A DNA stretch of 30,057 bases, the filler included, from an uncultured bacterium (GTDB lineage: Bacteria; DAOPZR01), in NCBI GenBank assembly GCA_964637655.1. It is 17 parts of 17 records of this genome, joined end to end, with 100 filler letters (N's around TTAATTAATTAA, not from the genome) between each part and the next. Parts side by side here need not be neighbours in the genome. Positions count along the whole stretch, not along the records: positions 1 to 1,786 come from CAZWUZ010000469.1; positions 1,887 to 3,661 come from CAZWUZ010000470.1; positions 3,762 to 5,512 come from CAZWUZ010000471.1; positions 5,613 to 7,354 come from CAZWUZ010000472.1; positions 7,455 to 9,188 come from CAZWUZ010000473.1; positions 9,289 to 11,020 come from CAZWUZ010000474.1; positions 11,121 to 12,847 come from CAZWUZ010000475.1; 10 more parts are not named here. One strand, given 5' to 3'. A model generated the notes under the pieces. The model was not told the DNA's origin, ran no database searches, and worked only from the letters and a program-made list of their open reading frames with translations. Positions 1 through 12,947 of the stretch are shown here, one piece after another. A program made the translations under genes and the position numbers. Position 1 is the stretch's first letter; each line of letters begins with the position of its first letter.

Positions 1-300
1 TTCGACCTGCCCGAACTCTGGACGGTGCTCGGACTGACTGCCGCGGTGGTGACCACTGACAGCGCGGCGCAGCATATCGCCGCGGCGCAGGACCGCCCGC
101 TCACCGTGCTCTTCGGGACGACCGACCCGCAGCGCACGGGTCCCGGCCCGTACGCGACCCGTACGCAGGTGCTGCGCGCCCCGGGCTGCCCGGAGCAGCC
201 CTGTTTCCGCCGCACCTGCACGCGGCGCAACTGTCTGGACGATATCCCGGTGGAACCGGTGGCGGCCTCCGTGCGCGCCGCTTTGACGAAGGTGAACTGA
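1..300 (+). CDS. Glycosyltransferase family 9 (ADP-heptose:LPS heptosyltransferase-like), C-terminal fragment
   Basis: TTDSAAQHIAAA...TVLFGTTDPQRTGP and Cys-rich tail CxxxPCxxxxC...CLDDI typical of GT9; upstream of gmhB. Confidence 0.85.
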   Translation, partial: FDLPELWTVLGLTAAVVTTDSAAQHIAAAQDRPLTVLFGTTDPQRTGPGPYATRTQVLRAPGCPEQPCFRRTCTRRNCLDDIPVEPVAASVRAALTKVN

Positions 301-908
301 TGACCGACGACACTATACCCGCGCGGCGGCCCACGCCGGTGCGCGACTTCCTGCTCAAGTACCGCCGCTACCTGGCGTGGCTCTACGCGCTGCTCCTGCT
401 CGCGCTGATGGCCCCGTCGGTCAGGAGCATCCTGCTCTGGCTGCCGCTCATCGCGCTCGGCGCCGGCCTGCGCATCTGGGCCTCGGGCTGCATCGAGAAG
501 AATGTCAATATCGCCTGGAGCGGTCCCTACCGCCACGTGCGCAACCCGCTCTACATCGGCTCGTTCCTCATCGGGCTCGGGGTGACCCTCACCGCTGACA
601 GCTGGATACTCCTCGCGCTCTACCTCCTCCTCTTCCTCGTCGTCTACCGCCACGGGGTCATCGCCGAGGAGCGCCTGCTCGAACAGAAGTTCGGGCGCGA
701 CTTCAAGCGCTACTGCGCCCACGTCCCGCGCTTCCTGCCGCGCCCCGTCGCCACGCGCGAGGGGAGCGTCGGCTTCCGCATGTACCTCGTCATGCGCCAC
801 CGCGAGTACAATACCTGGCTCGCCATCATTGCCATCTACATCATCTTCTGCCTCGCGCTCGACCACTGGAAAGGGTTCTATGAAGCCGGCCGTATTCTTG
901 GATCGTGA
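300..908 (+). CDS. Isoprenylcysteine carboxylmethyltransferase / PEMT-family membrane methyltransferase
   Basis: Hydrophobic helices; GPYRHVRNPLY motif; EERLLEQKFGRDF..Y...VPRFLP C-terminal motif. Confidence 0.8.
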   Translation: MTDDTIPARRPTPVRDFLLKYRRYLAWLYALLLLALMAPSVRSILLWLPLIALGAGLRIWASGCIEKNVNIAWSGPYRHVRNPLYIGSFLIGLGVTLTADSWILLALYLLLFLVVYRHGVIAEERLLEQKFGRDFKRYCAHVPRFLPRPVATREGSVGFRMYLVMRHREYNTWLAIIAIYIIFCLALDHWKGFYEAGRILGS

Positions 909-1464
909 CGGCACGCTCAACCGCGATCCCGGCTACCTGAGCGATCCGGAGCAGCTCGAGCTCTTCCCGGGCGCCGGGCAGGCGGTCGCGCGCTTCAACC
1001 GCGCGGGCTACCTCGTCATCATCATCAGCAACCAGTCGGGGATCGGGCGCGGGCTGTTCAGCGAGGCGGACCTGCACAATGTCACGCAGCGCCTGTACGA
1101 GCTGCTCGCGCGCGACGGGGCGCATGTCGACGCGCAGTACTACGCTCCCTACCACGACGAGGCGGAGGACCCGCGCTACCGCGAGCGCCCCGAATGGCGC
1201 AAGCCACAGCCCGGGATGATTTTCCACGCCGCGCAGGAGCACCGCATCGACATGCGCAAGTCGCTGCTCATCGGCGACCGCGAGAGCGACATCCTCGCGG
1301 GAAAGCGCGCCCGGCTGCGCACCTGCATGGTGCTCACCGGCGAGGGCGCCTTCGCCTTCGAGCGTCTCAAGGATACCCCGCAGGCCCCGGACTTCGTCTT
1401 CCCCGACCTGCTCGCTGCCGCACACTACTTCTGTCCCGCCGCACAGAGCGGGACGCTGTTCTAG
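880..1464 (+). CDS. gmhB: D-glycero-D-manno-heptose 1,7-bisphosphate phosphatase (HAD IIIA)
   Basis: [37 protein letters not shown] motifs; ATG at 880. Confidence 0.85.
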   Translation: MKPAVFLDRDGTLNRDPGYLSDPEQLELFPGAGQAVARFNRAGYLVIIISNQSGIGRGLFSEADLHNVTQRLYELLARDGAHVDAQYYAPYHDEAEDPRYRERPEWRKPQPGMIFHAAQEHRIDMRKSLLIGDRESDILAGKRARLRTCMVLTGEGAFAFERLKDTPQAPDFVFPDLLAAAHYFCPAAQSGTLF

Positions 1465-1474
1465 GAGCATCACC

Positions 1475-1786
1475 ATGGACTATTCGCAAACCGTCAACCT
1501 GCCGCAAACCGCCTTCCCCATGCGCGGCGACCTCGCCAAACGCGAACCGGCGATGCTCGCCCGCTGGCAGCAGGAACACCTCTACGCCGCCATCCGCGCC
1601 GCGCGCGCGGGCAGGCCGCAGTTCGTGCTGCATGACGGGCCGCCCTACGCCAACGGCAACATCCACATCGGGCATGCGCTCAACAAGGTGCTCAAGGACA
1701 TCATCGTCAAGGAAAAGACGCTGCGCGGTTTCGATGCCCCCTACGTCCCGGGCTGGGACTGCCACGGGCTCCCCATCGAGCACAAG
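1475..1786 (+). CDS. ileS: Isoleucine--tRNA ligase, N-terminal fragment
   Basis: [36 protein letters not shown] (HIGH), [19 protein letters not shown]. Confidence 0.97.
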
Positions 1787-1886
1787 NNNNNNNNNNNNNN
1801 NNNNNNNNNNNNNNNNNNNNNNNNNNNNNNTTAATTAATTAANNNNNNNNNNNNNNNNNNNNNNNNNNNNNNNNNNNNNNNNNNNN

Positions 1887-2018
1887 GATGGTCGGGATGG
1901 TGGCGCGGATGCGCTTGTCGCTGGTCACCACCCCGTCCTTGAGCGGCACATTGTAGTCAACGCGGACAAAGACGCGCTTGCCGCGCGCGTCGAGGTCCCG
2001 TACGGTTTTCGTCTGCAT
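1887..2018 (-). CDS. pgk: Phosphoglycerate kinase, N-terminal fragment (not in ORF track)
   Basis: Manual translation [53 protein letters not shown]; directly after gap. Confidence 0.95.
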
Positions 2019-2028
2019 ACGTTCCTCC

Positions 2029-3661
<1,633 letters not shown>

Positions 3662-3761
3662 NNNNNNNNNNNNNNNNNNNNNNNNNNNNNNNNNNNNNNN
3701 NNNNNTTAATTAATTAANNNNNNNNNNNNNNNNNNNNNNNNNNNNNNNNNNNNNNNNNNNN

Positions 3762-5512
<1,751 letters not shown>

Positions 5513-5689
5513 NNNNNNNNNNNNNNNNNNNNNNNNNNNNNNNNNNNNNNNNNNNNTTAATTAATTAANNNNNNNNNNNNNNNNNNNNNNNNNNNNNNNN
5601 NNNNNNNNNNNNGGGTTGCAAGGCGCACACATTTTTCACCCTCACCCCTGCCCTCTCCCACTGCAGGGTGAATAGCTGCCTGTCGTCAA

Positions 5690-5792
5690 TGATATGCGGG
5701 AGCGCGTGAAACTTCCGGCGGGTGTACTGACGCAGTGCACGACCGCGGTTGCACTGCGTGCCATCGTTAGTGATATGCGGGAGCGCGTGAAA
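5690..5792. repeat. Two exact 22-bp direct repeats (TGATATGCGGGAGCGCGTGAAA at 5690-5711 and 5771-5792) flanking a 10-bp perfect inverted repeat (5730-5739 / 5750-5759)
   Basis: Read directly from sequence. Confidence 0.85.
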
Positions 5793-5820
5793 AGAACGCC
5801 GGCCTCGAGCGGGCCGGCGT
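5790..5820 (-). terminator. Rho-independent terminator for the 5872-7146 gene
   Basis: 9-bp stem ACGCCGGCC/GGCCGGCGT with 7-nt loop followed on the minus strand by TCTTTT, about 50 nt after the stop codon. Confidence 0.7.
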
Positions 5821-5871
5821 CCACTGCGGTGCGGGGCAGCGCGGCGGGTCCGGCCGCCTGCCCGGATTTGA

Positions 5872-7146
5872 CTATGCCAGGTACGAAATATGCACATCCG
5901 CCGCCGCGTGGTTCCGCCCGTCGGCGAATTCGACCGCGGCTGCTTCCGTCAGCGCGTTCTTCTCCCCCTTGAGATTGTAGGTCTGGTAGTCGAGGTTGAT
6001 AGCGGTGATGCCCGCCTCGGGGAGCGTGCGCAGTTCCGCGGCCTCGCTGCTGCCATTGGTGTTGCGGTCGGTCCAGAGGCGCAAGCCGCTGAAGACCGCG
6101 TCCTGCGCGTCGATGCGATTATCCGCGTTGTCGTCGAATTTCGCCAGCTCCGCGAACCCGTTGGCCGCGCCATGCTGGTCGCCGAAGAGTTCCTTGCCGC
6201 TGTCGATCTGCCCGTTGCCGTTGCGGTCGTAGGCAAGGAACGCGTCGTCGCCGCTCACCGTTCCCGTCTGCTCGGTGGTGCCGTCGCCGGTCAGGTCGAA
6301 ACGGGCGCCGCTGTCCGCGTCGGTCAGTTCGATGCCATCACCGTCGAGGTCGATAACCAGCGGGTCCTGCACCTCGCGCACCGCGATGGCGCCGCTTTCG
6401 TACACCTGCACCTCGATATTGATCATCTCCGCGCTGATGCTGGTGGCTGATGCTGATGCCGGCGTTGCGGTGGCAGGGGTGGCAGCGTCCGGCGGAAGCG
6501 CCGGGGTCCCGCCCCGGCCGTTGGCGTCGCGGAACGCACCGGCGATATCTTTTACCGTCTGGCGGATTTCCTTGTCGCTCTTGTCGGTGAAGGTACGCAG
6601 CAGCAGTTCCAGTTCGCGCAGCTGCTTGAGCTGCCCGTCGCTCAACCCTTCCTGTTCCTCTTCCCACGCCGCTTTTCCTGCCTGTCCGGCTTTTCCGGCC
6701 TTGCCGGTCAGGTCTGCCAGCGAGGCATCGAATTCCCGGAGGAATTCCATCACCTTTTCTTTCTGCAGTTTCTTCCCGATACTGACGTCAAGCCGTTCAT
6801 ATTCCGCGCGGGTGAGCGAGAAATTCAGCGTCTTTGCCACAGCATCCTGTTGCCCGGCACCGGTGGTCGCAGACGCATTGACCTGCAGTTTCTCATAGGT
6901 GATTTTCACCGCCTCAACGCTCAGTTGCGAACTGAAGGCGCGGGCATTCTCGCTGCGAATCCCCTGCTCAATCAGTTTGACCTTGAGGTAATCGAGTTCA
7001 TAGCGCTCGTAGGTGACCCCGGCCGCCAGGTCAGTGCGGCCCGCTGGTGCAGGCGCCGTGGTGGTTGCCGGTGCGGATCCGGTAAATCGTTTGATGAGTT
7101 GCGTAAGGTCAGTGCTGCCGGGTACTGACAGGTGTGCGAGTTCCAT
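5872..7146 (-). CDS. Hypothetical protein (about 424 aa) with C-terminal Asp/Gly-rich putative Ca-binding domain (DPLVIDLDGDGIEL...DRNGNGQIDSGKELFG family)
   Basis: Long ORF; repeated DxDxDG motifs like those in RTX/hemolysin-type proteins; start placed at 7146 from the GGAGG RBS and the upstream sigma-28 promoter. Confidence 0.75.
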   Translation of the reverse strand: MELAHLSVPGSTDLTQLIKRFTGSAPATTTAPAPAGRTDLAAGVTYERYELDYLKVKLIEQGIRSENARAFSSQLSVEAVKITYEKLQVNASATTGAGQQDAVAKTLNFSLTRAEYERLDVSIGKKLQKEKVMEFLREFDASLADLTGKAGKAGQAGKAAWEEEQEGLSDGQLKQLRELELLLRTFTDKSDKEIRQTVKDIAGAFRDANGRGGTPALPPDAATPATATPASASATSISAEMINIEVQVYESGAIAVREVQDPLVIDLDGDGIELTDADSGARFDLTGDGTTEQTGTVSGDDAFLAYDRNGNGQIDSGKELFGDQHGAANGFAELAKFDDNADNRIDAQDAVFSGLRLWTDRNTNGSSEAAELRTLPEAGITAINLDYQTYNLKGEKNALTEAAAVEFADGRNHAAADVHISYLA

Positions 7147-7155
7147 TGCGGGTTC

Positions 7156-7201
7156 CCTCCGTGGTGCCGCCTCTGCTGCCGGGGTCCCATCCCTGAACCC
7201 C
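7156..7201 (-). promoter_or_regulatory. Putative CsrA/RsmA sites in the 5' UTR: CAGGGATG in a hairpin loop (7188-7195) and CACGGAGG overlapping the RBS (7156-7163)
   Basis: Both match CAnGGAnG; the first sits on top of a GGGGTTC/GGACCCC stem. Confidence 0.55.
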
Positions 7202-7210
7202 GTGCTCTCC

Positions 7211-7237
7211 TTATCGGCAGGTGTTTCCCGAACTTGA
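7211..7237 (-). promoter_or_regulatory. Sigma-28 (FliA/SigD) promoter TCAA-N15-GCCGATAA
   Basis: Exact -10 GCCGATAA, -35 TCAAGTT, canonical 15-nt spacing; weaker second copy TCGA-N15-GCCGCTAT at 7271-7297. Confidence 0.8.
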
Positions 7238-7454
7238 GGGGAAACCTGAACTTTTTTGTATCTGTTATTCATAGCGGCAGATACAAAACAGCCTCGAACG
7301 CCTTTCCAGCAACCGCTACGACCATCCACCTGGCAAAGCAGGATACAGTTGCCCNNNNNNNNNNNNNNNNNNNNNNNNNNNNNNNNNNNNNNNNNNNNTT
7401 AATTAATTAANNNNNNNNNNNNNNNNNNNNNNNNNNNNNNNNNNNNNNNNNNNN

Positions 7455-8766
7455 GGCGATGCCGGCGGCGGACACCGGCGCGGCCGCGCGCGCGGGCGCG
7501 GAGGCGCTGGCGGGCGCGGTGCGCACCTACAGCGGGGTGTTCAACCGGCACCTGACGCTGCAACAGCGTGTCGGGTTCAGCGAGAACGACGGGCTGCAGG
7601 GGGAGATGCGCGCGGCCATTCACGCGGTGGACGCGGAACTGCAGGCACTCGACAGCATACACGCGGCCGCCACCACCGCGGCCGCTGCCGCGGGAAGCGG
7701 CCTGCTGCGCGCCGGGGTGCTGCTCATGCTCTTCGGGCTGCTGCTCGGCACGCTCATTTTCTGGCTGGCCGCGCGCGTGCTGCTGCGCCCGGTGCAGGCT
7801 CTGCAGGACGCCACGGCGGAACTGGCGGCGGGCAAACTCGGCGCCCGGGCGGCAGTGGCCGCGCGCGACGAATTCGGACTGCTGGCGCAGGCGTTCAACG
7901 CGATGGCGGAAGCGCTCGCCGGGGTCGTGCGCGGGGTGCAGCGCGCCGGGGTGCATGTGCTCACCTCCGCCAACGAGATCAGCGCCTCGTCGCGCCAGCT
8001 GGCGGCGGCGGTGAGCGAGCAGACCGCCGCCACCACGCAGGTCGGGGCGAGTGCGCGGGAGATCGCGACGACGGCGCAGGATCTCGTCGGCACGGTGACG
8101 CACGTGGCGGAACGCGCGCAGCAGGGGGCGCAGCTCGCGGAGCGCAACCGCGACGATGTGACCGCCATGGCCGCGGCGATCAACGAGCTGGTGGCAGCCA
8201 CCGGGACCCTGGCCGGGCAGTTTGCGCTGCTGCGCGAGAAGGCGGGGAGCATCGGCGCGGTGGTCACGACTATCGGCAAGGTGGCGGACCAGACCAACCT
8301 CCTGTCGCTCAATGCCGCCATCGAGGCGGAAAAGGCGGGTGCCGCCGGGCAGGGGTTTGCCGTGGTCGCGCGCGAGATCCGCCGGCTGGCTGACCAGAGC
8401 GCGCAGGCGACCGGCGACATCGAGGAGATCATTCGCGAGGTGCAGGGCGCGGTGGCGGCCGGCGCGACGGGGATGGAGCGGTTTACCGGCGAAGTGAAGC
8501 GGCATGCGGGCGAGGTGGCGCGCATCGGGACCAATCTCGGCACGGTTATCAGCACGGTGCAGGAGTTCGCCCCGCTCTGCGGCACGGTCAACGAAGGGGT
8601 GCGCGCGCAGGCGGCGGCGGCGGGACAGATCGACGCGGCGATGACGCAACTCGCGGAGAGCGCGCGGCAGTCGCAGGAGGCGGCCGCGTCGCTTACCGCG
8701 GTGGCCGGGCAATTGACCGATGCGGCGCGCGAACTGCAGGGCGAAGTGTCGCGGTTCAGCACGTGA
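7455..8766 (+). CDS. Methyl-accepting chemotaxis protein (WspA-like), 5'-truncated
   Basis: TM helix, HAMP (RDEFGLLAQAFNAM), signalling tip IGKVADQTNLLSLNAAIEAEKAG..GFAVVAREIRRLA. Confidence 0.92.
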
Positions 8767-9188
8767 TGCCGGCCGCGCTCTTTGTCCGCTTCACTCTCGG
8801 CGAGGCGGCGTACGCGCTGCCGGCGGCGCAGGTGGTCGAAATCGTGCCGCGCGTCGCGCTCCGCGAGCTCCCCAATGCCCCCGCGGCCATCGCCGGCATT
8901 CTCGCCTATCGCGGCGACTGCGTGCCGGTGATTGACCTGCGCCAGCTCCTGCACAACGAAGCGTGCGCGCCCGCGTACAGTACCCGCCTGCTGCTGACGC
9001 GGCTGGCGGACGGGGCGCTGGTCGGGTTGCTGGCGGAACACCTGCTCGACACCTTCGTCAGCGCCGGCGACGAATTCCGCCCCACCGGGGTGGCGCTCCC
9101 CGGCGCGCCCTACCTCGATGGTGTCCGTCTTGCCGACGGCACCATGGTGCAGCAACTGCTTCTCGAACATATCCTGCCGCCGGAAGTG
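8766..9188 (+). CDS. cheW: CheW-family coupling protein (WspB-like), 3'-truncated
   Basis: FTLGEAAYAL..VVEIVP...AGILAYRGDCVPVIDL; YSTRLLL and GAPYL features typical of WspB. Confidence 0.85.
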
Positions 9189-9387
9189 NNNNNNNNNNNN
9201 NNNNNNNNNNNNNNNNNNNNNNNNNNNNNNNNTTAATTAATTAANNNNNNNNNNNNNNNNNNNNNNNNNNNNNNNNNNNNNNNNNNNNTTGACTCGGTCG
9301 GGATAGATACGGGCGTTCGGGGCCAACGTCATCAGGTACGACCGGAACGACAACGCCGCAGCGGCGGGAAATTAGGCGGGCGCGACC

Positions 9388-10644
9388 ATGTCCAAGACCA
9401 CCAGAGTCGTCATCGCGCTCGCCGACCTCGAAAAACGGGTCGCTCTCAAGAAGCTGCTTTTCGCCGACGAGATGATCGAGATGGTCGGCGAGGTAACCAA
9501 AGGTGACGACTGCCGCGCGCTGGTGAAGGAACAGAAACCGGACGTGCTGATTGTCGGGCAGAAGCTCGAAGACATCCCGGGGATGGACCTGATCACCGCA
9601 CTCGGCATCGAGACCCCCGACCTCTCCTGCATCTACTACCTCGAGGGGGAAGCCGGCGACGAGCGGGCGAAGTCGGAGATGATGCGCGAGGCGATGGTGG
9701 CCGGCGCCCGCGACTGCCTGTTTCTCCCCATCGAACCCGACGTCACGCTGCGCATGATCAAGCGGGTGGGTGAGATCACCCGCAAGAAGCGCGAGGTGAT
9801 GGCGGCGCTGGCGGGGGGCGACGCGGGCGGGGTGCACACCTGCCGGATCATCACCGTCTTCTCGACCAAGGGCGGGGTCGGCCGGTCGCTGATCGCGGTC
9901 AACCTGGCGGTGGCGCTGGCGCACAAGTCGGGGCACAAGGTCTGCCTGGTCGATTTGAACCTGCAGTTCGGCGACTGCGCCATCATGCTCGACCTCAAGC
10001 CGACGCGCACCATCACCACGCTGGTGCAGGAGCTCGACGCGGGCGGGACGGAGCTCGACGACAAGACCCTGGCCAAGTACCTGCTGCCGCACGAGGAGGG
10101 GCGCATCGACGTGCTGGCCGCCCCGCTCAAGCCCGAGGATTCCGAACTGATCACCGCCGACCACATCAACAAGGTGCTCAAGGCGCTGAGCGACCGCTAC
10201 CACTACATCGTCATCGACACGCCGAGCAACCTCAACGACGTGCTGCTCACCGCGCTTGACCAGTCGGAACTGATCCTGCTGCTGCTGACCATGGAACTGC
10301 CGACGATCAAGAGCGGCAAGCTGATGATCGAGGTCATGGAGTCGCTGAAGTTCCCCAAGGAGAAGATCCGCCTGGTGATGAACCGCGAAACGGCCAAGGC
10401 GGAACTGAACGCCAAGGAGATCGAGGAGGCGCTGAAGTTCCCCATCGTCGCGGTGCTGCCGAGCGACGGCAAGGCGGCGCTGCCGTCGATCAATACCGGC
10501 CGCCCCTTCTTCCTCGCCCAGCCCGACTCGCCGCTGGCCAAGGCCGTCGACACGCTGGCACAGACCGTGATGGGGAACGACGAGCCGGCCACCGTGGTTT
10601 CCGCCGGGCCGAAGAAAAAGGCCTGGCAGTTCTGGAAGAAATAG
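9388..10644 (+). CDS. cpaE: Tad/Flp pilus assembly protein CpaE/TadZ (atypical receiver + MinD/ParA-like ATPase)
   Basis: N-terminal receiver-like domain; STKGGVGRS deviant Walker A; VDLNLQFGD; upstream of CpaF. Confidence 0.85.
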   Translation: MSKTTRVVIALADLEKRVALKKLLFADEMIEMVGEVTKGDDCRALVKEQKPDVLIVGQKLEDIPGMDLITALGIETPDLSCIYYLEGEAGDERAKSEMMREAMVAGARDCLFLPIEPDVTLRMIKRVGEITRKKREVMAALAGGDAGGVHTCRIITVFSTKGGVGRSLIAVNLAVALAHKSGHKVCLVDLNLQFGDCAIMLDLKPTRTITTLVQELDAGGTELDDKTLAKYLLPHEEGRIDVLAAPLKPEDSELITADHINKVLKALSDRYHYIVIDTPSNLNDVLLTALDQSELILLLLTMELPTIKSGKLMIEVMESLKFPKEKIRLVMNRETAKAELNAKEIEEALKFPIVAVLPSDGKAALPSINTGRPFFLAQPDSPLAKAVDTLAQTVMGNDEPATVVSAGPKKKAWQFWKK

Positions 10645-10663
10645 ACGGGGATAGCGGACAGGC

Positions 10664-11020
10664 ATGGGCTTACTCGACCGGCTGAAACAGGTCAAAGACG
10701 AGAGCGGCAGCAAGAGCGGCGGCGGCAGCTCGTCCGGCGGGGAGAAAGACGAGCTCACCCCCTACCAGATGCTCAAGGTCAAGGTGCACGAAAAAATCGT
10801 CGCCGAGATCGATTCCGACCTGCTCAACAAGGAGGACGAGGAGCTCAAGCGCTCCCTGCTTACCGGGCAGGTCGAGGAATTCCTCATCGTCATCGGCTCG
10901 TCGGAGAACATCGTCCTGCCCGCGGTCGAGCACCGCAAACTGGTCAAGGAGATCGTCGACGAGATCCTCGGGCTGGGCCCGATTGAACCGCTGCTGCAGG
11001 ACCCGTCGGTCTCGGAGGTC
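10664..11020 (+). CDS. cpaF: Tad pilus ATPase CpaF/TadA, N-terminal fragment
   Basis: EIVDEILGLGPIEPLLQDPSVSEV signature. Confidence 0.88.
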
Positions 11021-11120
11021 NNNNNNNNNNNNNNNNNNNNNNNNNNNNNNNNNNNNNNNNNNNNTTAATTAATTAANNNNNNNNNNNNNNNNNNNNNNNN
11101 NNNNNNNNNNNNNNNNNNNN

Positions 11121-11445
11121 CATTCGCCGCCTGCAGGTCGGGATTGACCCCGTAGAAGAATTCCGGCGGCGTAATATTGTGATACAGGAGGATGCCGCGG
11201 CGGGCGGCACGGAACGCAGGGAGCGCCGCACTGCTGTCCGCGGAATGGTGCAGGATGAGCGCGTCCCAGTCATCCGCGCGGAATGCCGCCAGCGGGCGCC
11301 AGGCATCCGCGTGCGGGTGCGCGCGCGCCGCAAAGAGCGCGGTGGTATGCCAGGCCGCCGCGAGGACGCGGGCGACAGCGCGCGCCTCGCGCGCGATGGC
11401 ATCGTGCTGCCCGAGGTTGGGTACCGCCTGGGCGACGCGCGCCAT
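11121..11445 (-). CDS. Glycosyltransferase (GT4-like), N-terminal fragment
   Basis: DAI..EA motif and LLYHNITPPEFF motif. Confidence 0.7.
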
Positions 11446-11448
11446 GCC

Positions 11449-12012
11449 CTACCGGGCGTCGCGCAGCTGCCGCATTTTCGTGACGATCTTTTCGCGCGCC
11501 TGCATGATGGCGGCGCTCTCCGCCTGGCGGTAGAAGGGAAGTTCCTCGCGCAGCGTCGCACGCGCGCGTTCCGACATGTTGTTGAGCACGACATTGACCA
11601 GCGGCTGCTCCACCCCCTGCAGGGCGACCGCCCATTCCTGCCCGGTAAACTGCGCGATCAGCTTCTGCAGCACGCGATCGTCGAGCCGCGCCAGGTCCTC
11701 GAACATGACCATCTCCCGGCGCAACTGCGCCGCCAGGTCGGGAAGCGTGCGCTGCAGTTCGACAAGGGCGCGGTGCTGGTCGAGCGCGTCGAGCTTGGCG
11801 AAGGCGCGGCTGAGCACCGACTGCAGCGCGCCGCGCTTCTCGGAGACCGCCTCGGCGGCCACGGTGTCGAATTCGTTGTCGGTCAAATCGGCGTAGAGGG
11901 TGAAGCGGTCGGCCACCCAGGTGCGGCGGCAGCCGCGCACCAGCACCAGTTCCAGGGCACCGCTGCGTACCACCAGCGTGTCGTCATCGCGGAACACCTC
12001 GCGCTGCGCCAC
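11449..12012 (-). CDS. Protein with C-terminal FliG_C-like domain (not full-length FliG)
   Basis: MVMFEDLARLDDRVLQKLI...ALQG...LNNMSERARATLREE...AREKIV resembles the FliG C-terminus. Confidence 0.75.
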   Translation of the reverse strand: MAQREVFRDDDTLVVRSGALELVLVRGCRRTWVADRFTLYADLTDNEFDTVAAEAVSEKRGALQSVLSRAFAKLDALDQHRALVELQRTLPDLAAQLRREMVMFEDLARLDDRVLQKLIAQFTGQEWAVALQGVEQPLVNVVLNNMSERARATLREELPFYRQAESAAIMQAREKIVTKMRQLRDAR

Positions 12013-12016
12013 GTGC

Positions 12017-12847
12017 TCAGCCCTTGGTGCTCATCTCCACGAACGCCGCGGCGTTCTCGTATTCCTGGTCGATGTTCTCGAGGATATCGCGCAGGTCCGG
12101 CTCCTGCAGCCCGGTGACTTCCCACAGCGCCTGGTGCGGCTCGGGCACCAGCGCGTCACCGCCGTAACCGAACTGCTTCACCCGGCAGACGATGTCGGCC
12201 ATGTGCACCAGCCCGACCACCTTGCCGCCGTCGGTGAGCGCCCCGAGGTCGGCCGGCGGCTCGTGGTGCCAGCGCACCACCTCGCGCAGCAGCGGGGGGA
12301 GATTCCAGCGCTCGGCGAGCTTGCCGCCGACACGGGCATGATCCATGCCGAGGGTTTCCAGTTCCGCCTCGCGCATCGAGCAGCCCTTCTCCGCCACCAT
12401 CTGCAGCACGAACACGAAATCATCGTGCAGGTACTTGTCCTCGACCACCTTGCCGATGTCATGCAGCAGCCCGGCGATAAAGATCTCCTCCGGTTCCTTG
12501 TAGCGCACCTTGCGCGCCAGCGCGCGCGCAACCACGCCCGTACCGATGGAGTGCTTCCAGAACGCCCCGCGGTCGAACCCGTAGCTCTCGCCGCGGAACA
12601 TGTCGAAGACGGTGACGGACAGCGCCAGCGAGCGGATGACATTGAAGCCGAGGATGGCGGTGGCATGACTGACAGTGGCGATCTTCTGCGGAAAGCCGTA
12701 GAAGGCGGAATTGACAAGACGGAGAATCTTCGAAGTGAAGGCCTGGTCGTAGCCGATGATCTTGGCCACGTCGCGCGCCGAGCTGGCATCGCTCGTCACC
12801 ACCTGTACCAGCTTGCTCACCAGGTGCGGCAGGGTCGGCACCGCTTC
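12017..12847 (-). CDS. HDOD domain protein, 5'-truncated
   Basis: LPTLP...DQAFTSKILRLVNSAFYG, FWKHS, AGLLHDIGK, HARVG..LAERWNLP, WHHEP. Confidence 0.92.
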   Translation of the reverse strand, partial: EAVPTLPHLVSKLVQVVTSDASSARDVAKIIGYDQAFTSKILRLVNSAFYGFPQKIATVSHATAILGFNVIRSLALSVTVFDMFRGESYGFDRGAFWKHSIGTGVVARALARKVRYKEPEEIFIAGLLHDIGKVVEDKYLHDDFVFVLQMVAEKGCSMREAELETLGMDHARVGGKLAERWNLPPLLREVVRWHHEPPADLGALTDGGKVVGLVHMADIVCRVKQFGYGGDALVPEPHQALWEVTGLQEPDLRDILENIDQEYENAAAFVEMSTKG

Positions 12848-12947
12848 NNNNNNNNNNNNNNNNNNNNNNNNNNNNNNNNNNNNNNNNNNNNTTAATTAAT
12901 TAANNNNNNNNNNNNNNNNNNNNNNNNNNNNNNNNNNNNNNNNNNNN

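Noticed and set aside
5682-5793. CRISPR array call
   Set aside because: Only two diverged units, a 50-nt spacer that is itself a hairpin, and no cas genes visible; kept only as an unexplained repeat
7147-7329. N-terminal extension of the 485-aa ORF
   Set aside because: It contains the sigma-28 promoter and leader; the RBS supports a start at 7146
7455-12847. Wsp + Tad + HDOD/FliG as one surface-sensing locus
   Set aside because: They are on three different contigs that are adjacent only because of length sorting
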